Assembly (NCBI GenBank): GCA_951406725.2
Contig: OX597820.1
Span: 81,530,001 to 81,594,000, forward strand
Direction: 5' to 3'
From: Octopus vulgaris
Lineage: Eukaryota
Length of the DNA: 64,000 nucleotides
In this document: positions 13,981-27,779 of the stretch, one piece after another
Layout: each line of letters begins with the position of its first letter
Position numbering within the stretch: the stretch's first letter is position 1
Made by a program: the position numbers and the translations under genes
The notes under the pieces: model-generated
What the model was told of the DNA's origin: nothing
What the model saw: only the letters and a program-made list of their open reading frames with translations
The model's database searches: none

Positions 13981-14048
<68 letters not shown>

Positions 14049-14070
14049 TAACAATAACAATAATAATAAC

Positions 14071-14111
<41 letters not shown>

Positions 14112-14137
14112 TAACAACAACAATAATAATAATAATA

Positions 14138-14690
14138 TACATTGGAAGCTATGCCAACATTATGGAATAACAACAGAAAAAAGATGGTATAGGCACACAC
14201 CAGAAAAGGTCACAGAAAACGAGAAAGCAACCATACTCTGGGATATGCCGATACACACAGATAGAGAAATTAAGGCCAACAGACCAGATATAGTTGTCAG
14301 AGATCATGAAGAAAAAAATGCTTTCTAATTGATGTATCAATACCGGCAGATGACAACGCGTCTCTAAAAGAAATGAAGAAACTCTCAAAATACAAAGACC
14401 TAGAAATAGAGGTAACTAGAATGTGGAATCTGAAAACAGAAACAATTCCTATCATAGTAGGTGCACTAGGCATGATAAAAAAATATTCAGACAAATACAT
14501 AACAAAAACACCAGGACTTACAAACACATATAACATACAGAAATTGCACTACTAGGCACTGCACACATCCTACGCAGAACACTTTCCATGCAATAACCAT
14601 CAGAGCATCACAACAAATCACAGCACATACCCAAGGCACACAGAGCTGCGCTCGGTTGTGAAGTGAAAGCACGCTATAAAAATAAAACTA

Positions 14691-14692
<2 letters not shown>
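14138..14692 (+). mobile_element. R4/Dong-like LINE 3' end (RLE domain) embedded in (AAT)n
   Basis: TILWDMPIHTDREIKANRPDIVV, KLSKYKDLEIEVTRMW, IIVGALG; (AAT)n on both sides. Confidence 0.9.
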
Positions 14693-14770
<78 letters not shown>

Positions 14771-14811
14771 GAATAACAACAACAACAACAACAATAAAAA
14801 ATAATAATAAT

Positions 14812-16700
14812 AGGGAATCACCGAGAATGAAGATTGCAAAATCCTGTGGAATGCAATCATTCAGTGGGATCACCTGACCAGACATCGGAAACTAGACATT
14901 GTTGTGGTGAATAAAAAAGAAAGAACATGCATGATAATCGACATAGCATATCCCTGTGACAACAGGATCAAAGAAGAGAAAAACTGAACTACTACGACGA
15001 GTTGAAGTGGGAAATACGAAGGTTGTGGTCAATGAGGAGAGTAGACGTGATACCTACAGTAATTGCCGCATTTGGAAATATTAGCACTCAAGTACCAGCA
15101 TGGCTCGAAAAGATTGGTGCAAATGTAAAAGTATAACAGTTACAAAAATCAGCATTACTTGAAACTGCAAGAATTCTTCGCAAGGTTCTTGAAGCATGAC
15201 CAGTAAACAAGTGTTACCTTAGTCTGCTGGCTGTGGGCAGCTGACACTTTCCATCACACCCAGCAAAATAAGCAACAACAGCGAGGATTTTGAGATTGGT
15301 ACTTAGATGTTGAGGATTTTTCACGATACTTAACATCTAGATACCAAGTCTTATCATTTGTGGAAAGAGACCCTGAGAGACCCCGAAAGACCCTGTGAGA
15401 CCTTTGACAACAGATTGCTCTCCGCTCTCACAGAATTAACCAGAGCAAGTATGATCGAGAGCTCTGAGAAGTAAAATAAAATAAAATAAAATAAAATAAA
15501 ATAATATGGATAGACAAAAAATCATCTTCAGTAAATTTTAAAACCTTAATATCTACAATTCTCTGTAAAACTTTTACTATCCTTTTCTTTCCATTCCTTT
15601 CTCCCTAAGTATTCGAAAATGTAAACATGCTTTTTATTGCAAAAAAAAAAAAAAAAACACAATAGTCTTCTATGAACGAACATAAAAAATATTAGAAACT
15701 TTAATATCTCCGATTTTGTGTGAACATTTTATCTTTCGTTTTTCCTTGACTACCCGAATATGTAAACATGCCTTTTATTGTAACAACACAATTAAATGCA
15801 CGGAAAAAATTTCAAGGAGGTAAGCACCTGCCAATATATACATACTGCGCACCTACAAAAACATAGCGACATTATTTGCAACCTTAAAAGGGTTGACCAG
15901 TGGAAGTTGCACCAAGAAACGAACAATGTCGATGGTATTCTGAAATGCATCAGAACAAACAATATTACTAATAATTTGATCAAGGCCGCAAGTATTGTTG
16001 CAGCAGAAAATGTGGGTGTTGATGTCAAGAAAAAGAAATATAATGGGAGTGACAAATCTCTGAAAGACCCTCTCGAAGGAAATTTCTGTGTTAGACCGAA
16101 AACAGAAAGGGGAACTTAAAAGCGAACAAAAATACAGGGCGCTGAAAAGGAAGTACAATATTGAAAGAAAGGGCCTGGAAGTGGTAATGGAGGAACTGAA
16201 ACAGCGCCTCGTTGCAAACCCCCCCCCCCAAAAACGCGAAGATGGTAAGATACGACCAAAGAATGAAGGGTTACCAGCAGAATAGGTTATTCAGAGTAGA
16301 TAAGAAGAGATTCTATAAAGAAATAAATGGAGAGTGCACAGATGAAAAGTTGATACCAGGTAACAATGAAAGTCAAAGGTTTTGGAGTGACACCTGGAGC
16401 AAATCAAGGAGTACAAGAAGGATGCTGAATGGTTGCAAGAACCGAAATTATTAGTAGTAAGAAGGAATATAAGAGACGCCACGATAATATAGCCAAGCTT
16501 GTCCATTGGACACTTTGCAACAAGTATGGATTTGACAGAAAAAAAAATTGGTACGACCACAAACCCGAAGGCATCATTGAAAATAATAATGCAAATATCC
16601 TGTGGGATTTATGATTCAGTGCGACCATGAGATAGAGAGTAGTAAGCCAGATATAGTCTTAATTGAGAAAGAAAGCAAACTATGCTGGATCATAGAAAGT
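14812..16700 (+). mobile_element. Further R4/Dong-like LINE fragments (RLE region, 3' UTR, internally deleted ORF)
   Basis: KILWN, DIVVVNKKERTCMIIDIAYP, YKRRHDNIAKLVHW, WYDHKPEGIIENNNANILWD; the 3' UTR at ~15400-15475 matches 23475-23530 inverted. Confidence 0.8.
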
Positions 16701-17344
16701 TATCCATGAATCCTGGTCCGGAAACCTCCAAGAACAAATCAGCCGATTATTTTCATGGACAATTTTATTCGCCACTAATTCTTTACAGGACGATAGTGTT
16801 GAATTCCTTCTTACTGCATTGCATGGAAGGTTGTGAACGCTTAACGACATTGAAGCCCCGTGGGTCGGCCTTTTCGTGGCTTGGGACTATCAAAGAAACG
16901 AAGTGAAAAACGAATCTGAGAAAAGGTCGCCAGATTGGATCATCGTCAAGGAATCACTGGAAATATAGTAACCTGACAATTAGCTAAGGTATACCCAGCC
17001 TTCCACGTACAGGTGTTTATAAAAGATAGACCATCTGACGTGGAACGCATTCCTTCCACAAAAGCAAGAGAATAAACGCTCCAATCTGCTCAGACGCGAA
17101 ACCGAGGCAAAGGTCATGATTCCATCCATGCCAGGTACCTTACCTATGATGTATCATATGTAAATAGAGTTTTTTTGTGGATGAATCTATTCGGGATAGC
17201 GCATGCTTGTGCATCGGTAATCAGACTAGCAATCTTGTCACCAGCTCCTTGTGTAAATCTTGAAATTTTTGTTTAGTAGAATCACGGACCAAGAATTATT
17301 GTGATCCCTTTTATTTAGGTGTGTGTGCGTGTGTGTATGTGTGT

Positions 17345-17392
<48 letters not shown>

Positions 17393-18126
17393 ATGTGATT
17401 TTTTGTGTCAGTTTACTCATAGATAACTGTTGCCTATGTACTTCATGTACTTCATTGACTGACAATTAACAATTATCGTCCACGTGCAAATTAATCAGTT
17501 GGGATGTATTGCCCTATTTTACTCATTTATATCCACTGATATTTATTGACTGTCAATGCAGAAATAGTTTGTACTGGAAACTGTAATCGAATATGGCGAA
17601 GTGTTTAGTGCTGAGAATAAATCACATTCAATGACTACAACTGATGCCTGAACATTTGCACAATGCAATGAAAAATTATTCTTGAAATATTTAAAGTTCC
17701 TTTAATCTCTTGATCGCCATGAAGCGAAAGCGAATTCAGCAAACATTCGTTGCTTCGTGACCATCTCTCCAAACATTCGTTATCTTCGAATATTCCGTGC
17801 AGGGGTGTCATCATTGGCACGCACCAATTACTGACGTAAATGTTGGCATTATCAAACTTCCTTCTCTTCATCTTTTCCATTTCTTTTTTCTCGCTCCAAT
17901 ATTTTTTGTTGACATCATTATCCTGTTCCTGTCCTACTGCCTTTTCCTTACCACTGCTTTTTTTTTACATAATGTATTTATGTATAGAAAAACAAAGTTT
18001 GTTTGGATCGACATAATACTACAATAAAGGTTACTTGAACTGTAGATTGTTGGTTAAAACAAATTATTTTTTCTTCTATCGGCAGTGATCCGGATAGGCT
18101 ACAGTTATCTACAAAAATGTTTCCTT

Positions 18127-18223
<97 letters not shown>

Positions 18224-18706
18224 AGAGACAGACAGAGACAGAAAAGAGAAATCATCCCCACAGAAAGTTTTCTTCAGATTAAAAAAGCCACTTGCAAAAA
18301 CAGAAGATTTTCTGTAACGGTAGAGGATAGTGTTTAAGCATTACGGATTCCCACAGGAAATAAAATAAACGTTGCTGATGATGGTAGCACGGATGGTAGT
18401 CGGGGTGTCGAGAGACAACATGTCTCCAGAACAACAACAAAAACAAAAGTAGGGTAGCAGTGAAGAGTTAGGAGCGGGTGTTAGAGGTCACCTATTTTAC
18501 TCAATGTCATTGTGAATACCACTCGACAAAATAGAAGCCATAAGAACTAGATATATATATATAATAAAACTCTGAATTAGATGTTCAAAGTTAAACGATA
18601 TCAAATAATTTCAGTACAAATGTGGGATGTATCGTAATTCCGTCAATGACTGCCATCCCTGGACTGTCATGTAATTGATTTCTGCCTCTCTCTCTCTCTC
18701 TATGTG

Positions 18707-18783
<77 letters not shown>

Positions 18784-18806
18784 CTGTCTATCTGCGTGTG
18801 TGTGTG

Positions 18807-18845
<39 letters not shown>

Positions 18846-18910
18846 AAGTATGCCTTTGTGTGAGTGTATGAGTGTGAGCTTGTGTATCTCTAATAATTAA
18901 TTACCAATCA

Positions 18911-19212
18911 GGCGCAGGCGTGACTGTGTGGTAGAAGTTTACATCCCAATCACATGGTTCTAGGTTCCGTCCCACTGCGTGGCCCCTTGGGCAAGTGTCT
19001 TCTACAATAGCCGCAGACCGAACAAAGGCTTGTGAGTGGATCTGATAGACGGAACCTGAAGGAAGCCCGTCGTATATATATTTATATCTATATCTATATC
19101 TATGCGTGTGTCTTTATGTCTTGTGTTTGTCCTCCACCACCGCTTGACGATCGGTGTGTTTGCCTTTCCACAACTTAGCGGTTTGGCAAAAGTGTAGATA
19201 CAATAAGTATTA
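18911..19212 (+). mobile_element. Abundant tRNA-derived SINE family with internal microsatellite
   Basis: GGCGCAGGCGTGACTGTGTGG...GGTTCCGTCCCACTGCGTGG..TTGGGCAAGTGTCTTCTAC...TTGTGAGTGGA; further copies at 50370-50822, 51075-51565, 55415-55580, 56058-56420, 61380-61475 and 61965-62295. Confidence 0.85.
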
Positions 19213-19489
19213 GGTAGTGGACCGTGTTCACCAAGGAACTCACTTGTATCTCATCCTTGCCATACAGCTTCAAATCGCCCATGAACAGGAGGTGGTTGAT
19301 TGTTCGGGATTTTTCCTTTAGTTGGTACCCGAGGTTATCATGCAGAGAACAAAAGACAACGGAGATAGGCTATCACTCTGGAAAATCCCTCTTCCGATAC
19401 CTAGAGTGCCGAAAATTTTTCGGTAAGATGTCAGTTCAGTTTTACATCCTACTATGTTTCTCTTCAGGAAACACGTTACATTCTTCGTA

Positions 19490-21190
19490 ATTCAAAACAG
19501 ATCTAAGCACTCGATGATCCACGAATGTGGAATCGGAATCATATCATAAACTTTGCGATAATCAATCTCAGTCATTCCCAGATTTGTTCTGCTTCGTATA
19601 CAATCTTGCATTACCATTTTGTTGATCTTTGATATCCTTTTACAGCATTTTTGTTCTGTCGGTAACATATCGTTCTCATCAAGATATTTATACACTTCTT
19701 TTGCAATTTTTCATGAAAGTAACCTCTACAGTAGTGGGAGGCAAGAAATTGGTCTGTAATTCTTAGCAGCATTTCCCTTTGATGCACCCTTCAAGCACAA
19801 CACCGTTCGTCCTTTTGTCAATAAGACCCGGGTTTCTTCTCCATTGATCAATGCATTAAATTGCTCTGCGATCAATTTATGGCAACTACTTGTACACCAT
19901 CAGGTCATGCTGCTTTCTAATTGCTTATCTGTTTACTCATATTTATGATACTGTCTTCTGTGAAATGGATAGCCTTTTGCTGGGGATAAGAAGCTATTTG
20001 CTTCAGGCTACAGAGCCATTCACCTGTAGCATTATGTTGTTCTTGCTTACTCCATATCTTACCCCCAAAAGTCGACTCTCATCAGCATTAGGGACTAATC
20101 TTTCACGTTCTTTATCATTAAATTGTTAATAAAATCTTTCTTGGTCGGTTCTGAACAATTTATTTCACTGGTATTGCTTAACCCGTTGTTCAAACATAGT
20201 TTGCTTTGCTTTTCTTGCATGTATGCGCTGCTTCAGTTCTTCAATTACAACCTTCAGGCCTTTTGTATCTACACCATACGTCTTCCTAACGTTTTCGAGT
20301 TTCCTTTCATAAGCTCTGCATTTCTTTTCCTGACAATTATTGACACTACACTGTTGAAGAGGTTTATATCTTCATTAATTCACCTTCTCCACCATGGTTG
20401 TTTATTTCCTCTTCTATCCGTCGCTGTTCTATTCTAAGTACTTCTCAATCCCATCCTTTCCGCCACAATCCTATTAGCAGCCTTGATAAGAAATTTTTTT
20501 GTGTAGTAATGTTCCCTGTTCCAATGTATCTCAATACATTATTGACTTTATTTGTATCTTGATTTAGTTTCCAATCGTTAGTTGTATATAAATTCCGTCC
20601 CTTGAATAGTCACCGATCTCAGTTCTTTCACAATTCACGGTATTATATTCTTGCGAACAATTGTCCATCTTTTCCACTATACCACTTTCGTTTCCCGCAT
20701 GCTCAGCATCACCCAGTATTCTTCTTTAAATTGGAATTCTGTTAACCATACGTGCTTTCGTATTGCTCTTGCTTGGTCAGATAATCTCTGTTCAGTAATT
20801 TCAAACAGTTCCATTACCTTCCATTCACTGTGCATTTATTTTCTGACAGGCACGCTATTTGTATCTAACGCGGTGCTCTGGTAGTAACACTCCATAACCA
20901 TCATGTTTACTTGTTTACTCCACTTACGTCTTGTAACATGGCTAGCAGTCGTTGGATTACAATCGAGCCCACCTTGCTGGACAGTGGGGCACCTGCCGGA
21001 TGCGGCACCTTCACAATTGGTTCCAGTTCCGTTCATACCATTATCGTCATCTATTTTGCTTGGCATTTTCACTCATAAATGTGTGTTTTTAGGTTACTAC
21101 CAACCAGTATTTGTATCGAGATACCATATTTATCAAGGTAGTCCACCAAGGCAGCAGGGGCCTTGCTCTCCTAGTTTTGAACTTAAAGGA
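19490..21190 (-). mobile_element. Degenerate R4/Dong-like LINE, 5' half
   Basis: RRKWSKQVNMMVMECYY N-terminal motif, NYRPISCLPLL, LPTEQK, IDYRKVYDMIP..WIIECL. Confidence 0.8.
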
Positions 21191-21192
21191 CA

Positions 21193-21236
<44 letters not shown>

Positions 21237-21239
21237 TTT

Positions 21240-23409
21240 TTTTTTTCTTCTTTCAAATTTTCTTCCATTTCTTGCCGAGTGTCTTCCCGACTCCTAGGGC
21301 AAAGAAACTCATAGTGTATATTGGTAGGCCATTAAACCAAACTCAGTAGTTCGTTCATTTTTATTTTTTAATTTTTTTAAAGTTAAATTAAAATACATGA
21401 GCAGCAACAGTTCTTACATCGACAATGCTCTTCTCAATACGTGTGATGTACCAGTTAAGACAATCTTTTGCACTTCTTGCAGGGATGGTAAGCCAGGGAT
21501 CATTCTCATATAATTTTCGGTTCCCTTCTTGATCATTCCTAGTGCTCCTACGATCACTGGTATTGTAACCACCTTGAGATGCCACATTTTCTCAATTTCA
21601 ATGAGTAGGTCTTTATATTTTCTGAGCTTGTCAAACTCTTTCGCTGAGATATTATGATCACAGGGGATGCTCATGTCGATCAATAAGCAAACTTTATTGT
21701 TTTGGTCTTTCACAACAATATCTGGTTTATTGGCCTTGATGGTTCGGTCTGTATGTACTGGAAAGTCCCACAGAATGGTTACATTTTCTCCTTCAGTTAC
21801 AGCCTCAGGGTGGTGATTATACCACTTGTCGGCAGTTTTGATATTGTAATGCCGACTTATTAGCCAGTGGAGATATTGGCCAACTCTGTCATGTCTTAAT
21901 TTATACTCCACTGGTGCTAAGACTTTCCATCCAGAGATTAGGTGGTCCACTGTTTCAATCATGTCGTTGCAGAATCGGCATTTTGGGTCTGCTCCATTTT
22001 TCATCACATTGGCCTGGTAGTTCCGGGTTGATAGGCTTTGGTCTTGAGCAGCCAGGATGAAACCTTCGCTCTCTGCTTTTAGCCCTGAGCTCCGCAGCCA
22101 CTGATGGGTTTGCTTCTGGTCAACATCAGCTTGTTTGCTGCGGGTCACATATTTGCCGTGCAGAGGTTTCTCCTCCCACCTATCAGCCAATTGCTCGTGC
22201 GCTTTTTTCATTGCCATCATTTTCACCTTCTTTGCAACAATAGTTGCCGTACTTCCCTCGGGTTGTTCAGTTTGGGTATCCTGCACGAGATCAATAGCAA
22301 ATTTTTTGCTTTCCTTGATGATAGAATGAAGCTTCTTTCGTCTCTCGTGATTTTCCACGAGCTTTAGCATCCAGTCATTCGATATTTCGAGATATTTGGC
22401 CAGTCCAATTGTGGTTGTTTTGTAAGCTAGTTCAAATTGGATCAGGCCTCGACGTCCTTGGGCTCTGGGAAGGTAAAGGCGATCTACGTCTGCCTTTGGG
22501 TGGTGCATCCTATTACAACTCAGCAGCTTGCGTATTTTTCTATCTATATTCTTTACTTCACTCATATTCCAGTTCAACACATTGTAGCTATAAGTAACAA
22601 CTGGAACTGCTAGGGAATTTATAGCTAACACCTTGTTACGTGCATTTAGTTCAGATTTCAGGACTGCACGAACTATCCTATAACATTCCTTCCTGATTTT
22701 CTCTTTCATGCTTGCATGCTGAATACCAGAGCCTTCATTTATCCCTAAATATTTGTATGTTTGTTCTTGCTCAAGCTCTCTTATGACTGTGTCAACATCT
22801 AACACGACTGAATTTGTGGTCTTCACTTTCCCTTTCTGGAAAGTGGCCTTGGCACACTTCTCAAGTCCAAACTCCATCCCGATGTCATCGCTGAATGATT
22901 TCACGGTGCGCAATAGGCCTTCAAGTTCATTATTGTCTTTACCATAAAGTTTTAAGTCATCCATATATAATAGATGGCTTATTTTTTTTATTGGCAATTT
23001 TATACCCATACCCTGTTCTGTTTAATTCACTTGTAAGGGGTATTAGGGCTATGCAGAATATTAAAGGTGAAAGTGAGTCACCTTGAAAAATTCCACAGTT
23101 GATGTTTATATTTTCTGAGGCAAGTACTCCATTAGACTGGTATAATTGGAGATTCGTATTCCACAACGACATATTGTGCTTTAGGAAGTTTGAAATCACT
23201 GGGGAAATTTTGAAGATGTCCAGCGATCTCAAGATCCATGGATGCGGTATACTGTCGAAGGCCTTTTTATAGTCAATCCATGCGGTGCTGAGATTTCTGC
23301 GCTTGTTGTGACAGTTCTCGAGGATCATACGATTGATTAGCAGTTGATCTTTGCATCCGTAAGAGCCTCGGCGGCACCCTTTTTGTTCAATGGGGAAAAT
23401 ATCGTTCTC

Positions 23410-23410
<1 letters not shown>
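21240..23410 (-). mobile_element. Young 5'-truncated R4/Dong-clade non-LTR retrotransposon inserted in (AAT)n
   Basis: Nearly intact RT+RLE ORF flanked by (TTA)n at 21193-21236 and 23411-23469. Confidence 0.92.
21414..23410 (-). pseudogene. Reverse transcriptase + CCHC + restriction-like endonuclease ORF with one frameshift at ~22985
   Basis: EQKGCRRGSYGCKDQL, WIDYKKAFDSIPH, GIFQGDSLSPLIF, HLLYMDDLKLY, YKYLG, CRFC..ETVDHLISGW, KPDIVV..LLIDMSIP, KYKDL. Confidence 0.92.
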
Positions 23411-23469
<59 letters not shown>

Positions 23470-24160
23470 GAATACTTTACTTCTCAGAACTCTCGATCTT
23501 ACTCTGGTTGACTCTGTGAGAGGAGACAGCAACTTCTTGTCAGAAGTCTCCGCAACTTATATGGTTTGGTACCTGGATGTTAACTCATCGTAGAAGACAC
23601 TCAACATCCAGGCATAAATCTTAAAATCCTGGCTGTCCTCGATACAGCAGTTTTTTGGGCCTGCTCTGCTCTCATGTCAATTCCAGTTTCTCTTATATAT
23701 TTCTCGATCCTGGTTGTTAGTGTTCTGAGTTCCCCTACATTTACTGGGATGATAGTTACTCTCCTCCTTGCCCACATTCTTGCAATTTCGTCTTTTAGTA
23801 GTCTGTATTTCTCCATCTTCTCCAGCTCTTTGTCATCTTTTTCTACTTTTTCTTTGTCATTTCCTTTTCCTTTATTTACCACAACAATGTTTGGACTCAT
23901 TCCTAGTAGAGTTTGTCTTCATTCCTGGTAGAATTTATGTGGTTAGCGGGTTACCTACTACCTGTAGCCTTAGATATCCTCACGCTTTTCATAATCTGTC
24001 AAATGCTTAAAATCCTTCTGATAAGCTTTCCTGTTCCTAAGATGTTCTGTAGAAGCTCTACAGAACATTCTATTCCAATCTCCTTCAATCATTTGTCTAT
24101 ATCATTATTCACAGTTCCTAATGCATCAATTATTACAGGTACAACTTTACAGTTTTCATA
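23470..24160 (-). mobile_element. Two more R4/Dong-like 3' ends in tandem
   Basis: KELEKMEKYRLLKDEIARMW...QKTAVSRTARILR; second fragment VVPVIIDALGTV...LGTGKLIRRIL. Confidence 0.75.
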
Positions 24161-24984
24161 ATGCAATGCTGAAATCAAACAGACATTATGGATCAATTAG
24201 TAAGCAGCCTGCCCCAAAAGTCAGGTCACTCGTGGTTTTATGTAGTTTTTTCTGCGAGCAGACCTCGAAATCTCCTTATTAAGGAATATTCATTGTTAAA
24301 ATGTTATCTATCAGTGTTATACTAAAGCTCAAAGTTTTTGTGGTGTTAGTAGTGTTATGGGCTGTGATGGAGCTATGTAGTGTTGGTGGAGGGGATTACG
24401 GATGAGGTGGACGGAAGTAAGGCTTGCAGGGGCCGGCGGAAGGGTGAAAGAGGCATGCGTGGGCAGGAAGCACGTGTGGGGAGTTCGAGCTGAGACGGCA
24501 GAGAGGCAAGACGTGTTTAGTTCGTGAGAGTGACCGCTGATTCCGCCGAGGTCAACAGGTAAGGCCTTTTGTATTTCTTTCTCCCGTTTGCTTCTTTTTC
24601 TATTGTCCTTTTCTTCCATCACACTACAGTTTTTTTTCCTGCAATTTGATTAAGATGATATAGATTACAAATAAAATAGTCATTTCCCCCCTTTAAAAAA
24701 ATGAAATTGATAATGTCGATACTTCAAAGAGTCGCCGCAGCTACCACCGCCCCTCCTTTTTCCTCACTTTCTTTCACTAATCATTGATACAACTTTCGAG
24801 TTCCGTGGAATGAAAGATTGAAATTCTCCCGATATTTTTATGAGATATATTTTGAATCACCGGTACTTGATTTTTTTCTTAAAGGGGAAAATTACTATTT
24901 CATTTAAAATAAAATTAATCTTTATAATCTTAATAAAAAAAAACAGAAAAACAGACAGAGAGACTATCTATTTATAGACGAAGA

Positions 24985-25696
24985 TCAGTTGCAATAGGTG
25001 GAGTTGAATTTCATAAGAATGGAAAAACAAACAACGACAAATGGGTTGTACCTCATAATGAAACTCTTTTAATAGTGTTCAAACGCCACTGCAACTTTGA
25101 AATCGTTGCCTCAGTGAGGTCAGTTAAGAACGTCATCAAGTACACACTGAAAGGAAAAGACGAAGCTGCCGTTCAAATAAACAATGACAACGAAATTAGT
25201 CATTATCTAATGGATATTATATTGGACCATTTGAAGCAGTGGCATCCATTTTCAATTCATGAAAGCACCTGCAGTAGTGGGACTGCAAGTTCATTTACCA
25301 GATAAACAGAGAATATTGCTCAGAAATAATGAGGATGTGTATGGCTATCATGAGTGACATATGAGAACAACATTGACAGAATTCTTTTCATTGTGCATCA
25401 ATTATGACTTTGCAAAAACATTACTTTATGCTGAAGTACCCATGTATTTCACTCGGAACAATAGAAACAAAGAATGGTAAAGAAGAAAGCGAGGAAAAAT
25501 TCCGAAGGCCATTTGAACGTTTTCAAAGAAGAAACACCTGGTCGTGTTTATGTTGCACAGGAAAGGCAGAAGAACTGTATTATTTCAGAATTTTATTGCA
25601 TGAAGTTCGAAATGGTATTTTTTCCAATCCCGCCGCGCATCAACGTTTTCAACTTGGAGTGGTTGTGACCCAACGGGTCACGGTGGGTACATCTAG
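24985..25696 (+). mobile_element. Helitron RepHel remnant with a canonical 3' end
   Basis: DKWVVPHN..L..FKRHCNFEIVASVRSVKNVIKYTLKGKD, LQVHLPDKQ, LLYAEVP.YF, LYYFRILLHEVR; 3' hairpin GTGACCC-aac-GGGTCAC (25665-25681), then CTAG|T at 25693-25697. Confidence 0.85.
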
Positions 25697-25894
25697 TTAC
25701 TACTAAGTTTTGGTTACACCTGTTTACACAGAAAACCCTCATAACACACACGCACACGTATATACACACATGCGTGCACACACATACAAACACACGCACA
25801 CACACGTCAACACACGCAGAGTTTTGTCCTGTGTCGTCTTTAATGTTTCTCTTAATGTAAACCCTTTGTGATTAATGACGAAATCATGATTAAC

Positions 25895-26900
25895 ATCGTG
25901 TGCTCAAGAACTGGGAAGAAGTGATGATCAGGGTGACTAGTCTCCCCTAGAAATGCACTGAGGAGAAACTATCCCTGAAGGGTTGGTGAATGCCTACATC
26001 GTATCTGTCATCTGCTACTGTCTTACCGTCGTGCCTTGCCACGCTTCATGGCTGACCAGAAAAGAACGCTTGCTCTTTCGCTTTCTTCGAAGAAGACACA
26101 TTTCTGTTTGTCAGACGGTCAATTTGATTCAACAACCGTAGTGTGGATGACTGACTGATGGTCCGTTACATGAGCTGAAACTACGACATCTGTAGCGTTT
26201 CCATAACTATTTGCAGGTGAGGTCGACGTTTTTTAGACTCGCTTATCTGCAGTTTATCTCTTTGATAGACCTGCAGTCTGGGTTTCTGTAGAGGATTAGT
26301 GTTGGCTAAAAGCGGTGACGTCCTCGGGAAACTTTGGATGCCGATGAAAATCAACTAACCTGTCTCTTCCGAAGGACTTTCGGACCTGGGCCATCGGCAA
26401 TTTCAAGAAATGATTGGCTTGACACTGCACCCAAGAAGTATTGCCGGTTTGGAATAAGCTCTACAGGCATAGTAGTGTCGCCAACCACATCTGTCCGAAA
26501 TGTGAGCAGGGCGACGCAACCATTCTACACGTGCTAGTACGGTGCTCAAACATTGTTGGTTATGTCAAACTGTTGCTTTCATGTGTAGGATGGATGCGAC
26601 TATTGATTGACTCCGTTGTAAAGATAGCCATCTTCCTTTGGCCAGAAAGGGCAGGCACTTTTCCTCTGTCTGGTATCTACGGCATAAGAGGTTGTGTGAC
26701 GGACAATATTGAAAGAAGTGAAGACCACCACTTTACTCTTCGACCAAGCTCTCGTGGTCTTTTTAAAATTCCACTTGAAAAGGTTGAAGCGAGTGTGCTA
26801 CCCTTCACTCAGTAAATTTGTTGAAAGGTGAGTGAATATTGCGAGTATGGCCCGAGTAAGTAGGCCTACTCTAGGCCAGCACTTGCTGGCTGCAGAGTAT
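25895..26900 (+). mobile_element. L1/Tx1-like ORF2 3' remnant
   Basis: VNAYIVSVICYCLTVVPC..RLLFRFL; zinc-binding ICPKCEQGDATILHVLVRC. Confidence 0.7.
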
Positions 26901-27779
26901 GTAGGAAAAGGAGTCTGGTGAGCAGAATGGCTCACCAGAAATACTTTAATGATGTAACAAGTTAGTGAGATCGGACGGTAATTCGCCGCAAACAATTTAT
27001 ATCTATTTTTAAAAACAGAGATGATACTGGGGTAGAAAATGTTTAGGAATAAAAATTTAGTCCAACGAATTCCTTTATAGATTAACAAGACAATATGCAA
27101 GTTGATGTCTGCACGTCTTCTGGGTGAAAGCGGAGTATCTTTCACGGCTCACTGCCGTGGTATATTTTGATAATTTTCAACGAATATATTGAGAGGTGTC
27201 AGGTTACAGAATATCAGAGTTAAAAATTACACAGCAAAATATGCACCCCATCCAAAATATTTCAGGAGATAGACAATGTAGATAAAGGACATATCAGATT
27301 ACATTCTTTGATTTAGCATAATCCATTTAGGGTCAAGGTTCCTGAAAGATCAGTAGGTTATCAAGTTTATTGCATGCATGTATGATGAAGAGAAAGAAAA
27401 GAATATCTTAGATATAAAATTATAGAGAAAGGACAATTTACTACTGCAACCACAGAAGGGATAGTAATAAGAAGGTATTATAAAGAAAAGTTGATACAGA
27501 CATGAGATTTGAAAAGAAATAAAATATACAAATGGCGTGGAGATTTGTTAGCATAAAGTGGCCACCTTTGTACTCAATTCTAGATAATCTTCGGTCTTTT
27601 TCAATTGAAGAGAAATTAAATTAGATGCAGTAATTACGGATTAAATTATGCATTAGTTAAGGAATAAGCGACTGGTTGGTTATACAATAAATAATCCAAG
27701 TGAGAGTGCAACAATCAATAAAGTAAGAATAGTTTCATAAACACTGATTGAATCAAGGCTAATTAGCTATGCAGGGCTT

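Noticed and set aside
22957-23532. ORF with poly-Asn N-terminus as a separate gene
   Set aside because: Read-through from a neighbouring 3' UTR across (AAT)n into the truncated R4/Dong RT
27250-27300. Possible hammerhead remnant downstream of the minus-strand PLE fragment
   Set aside because: Only GAAATATT is recognisable; core and stems are too degenerate
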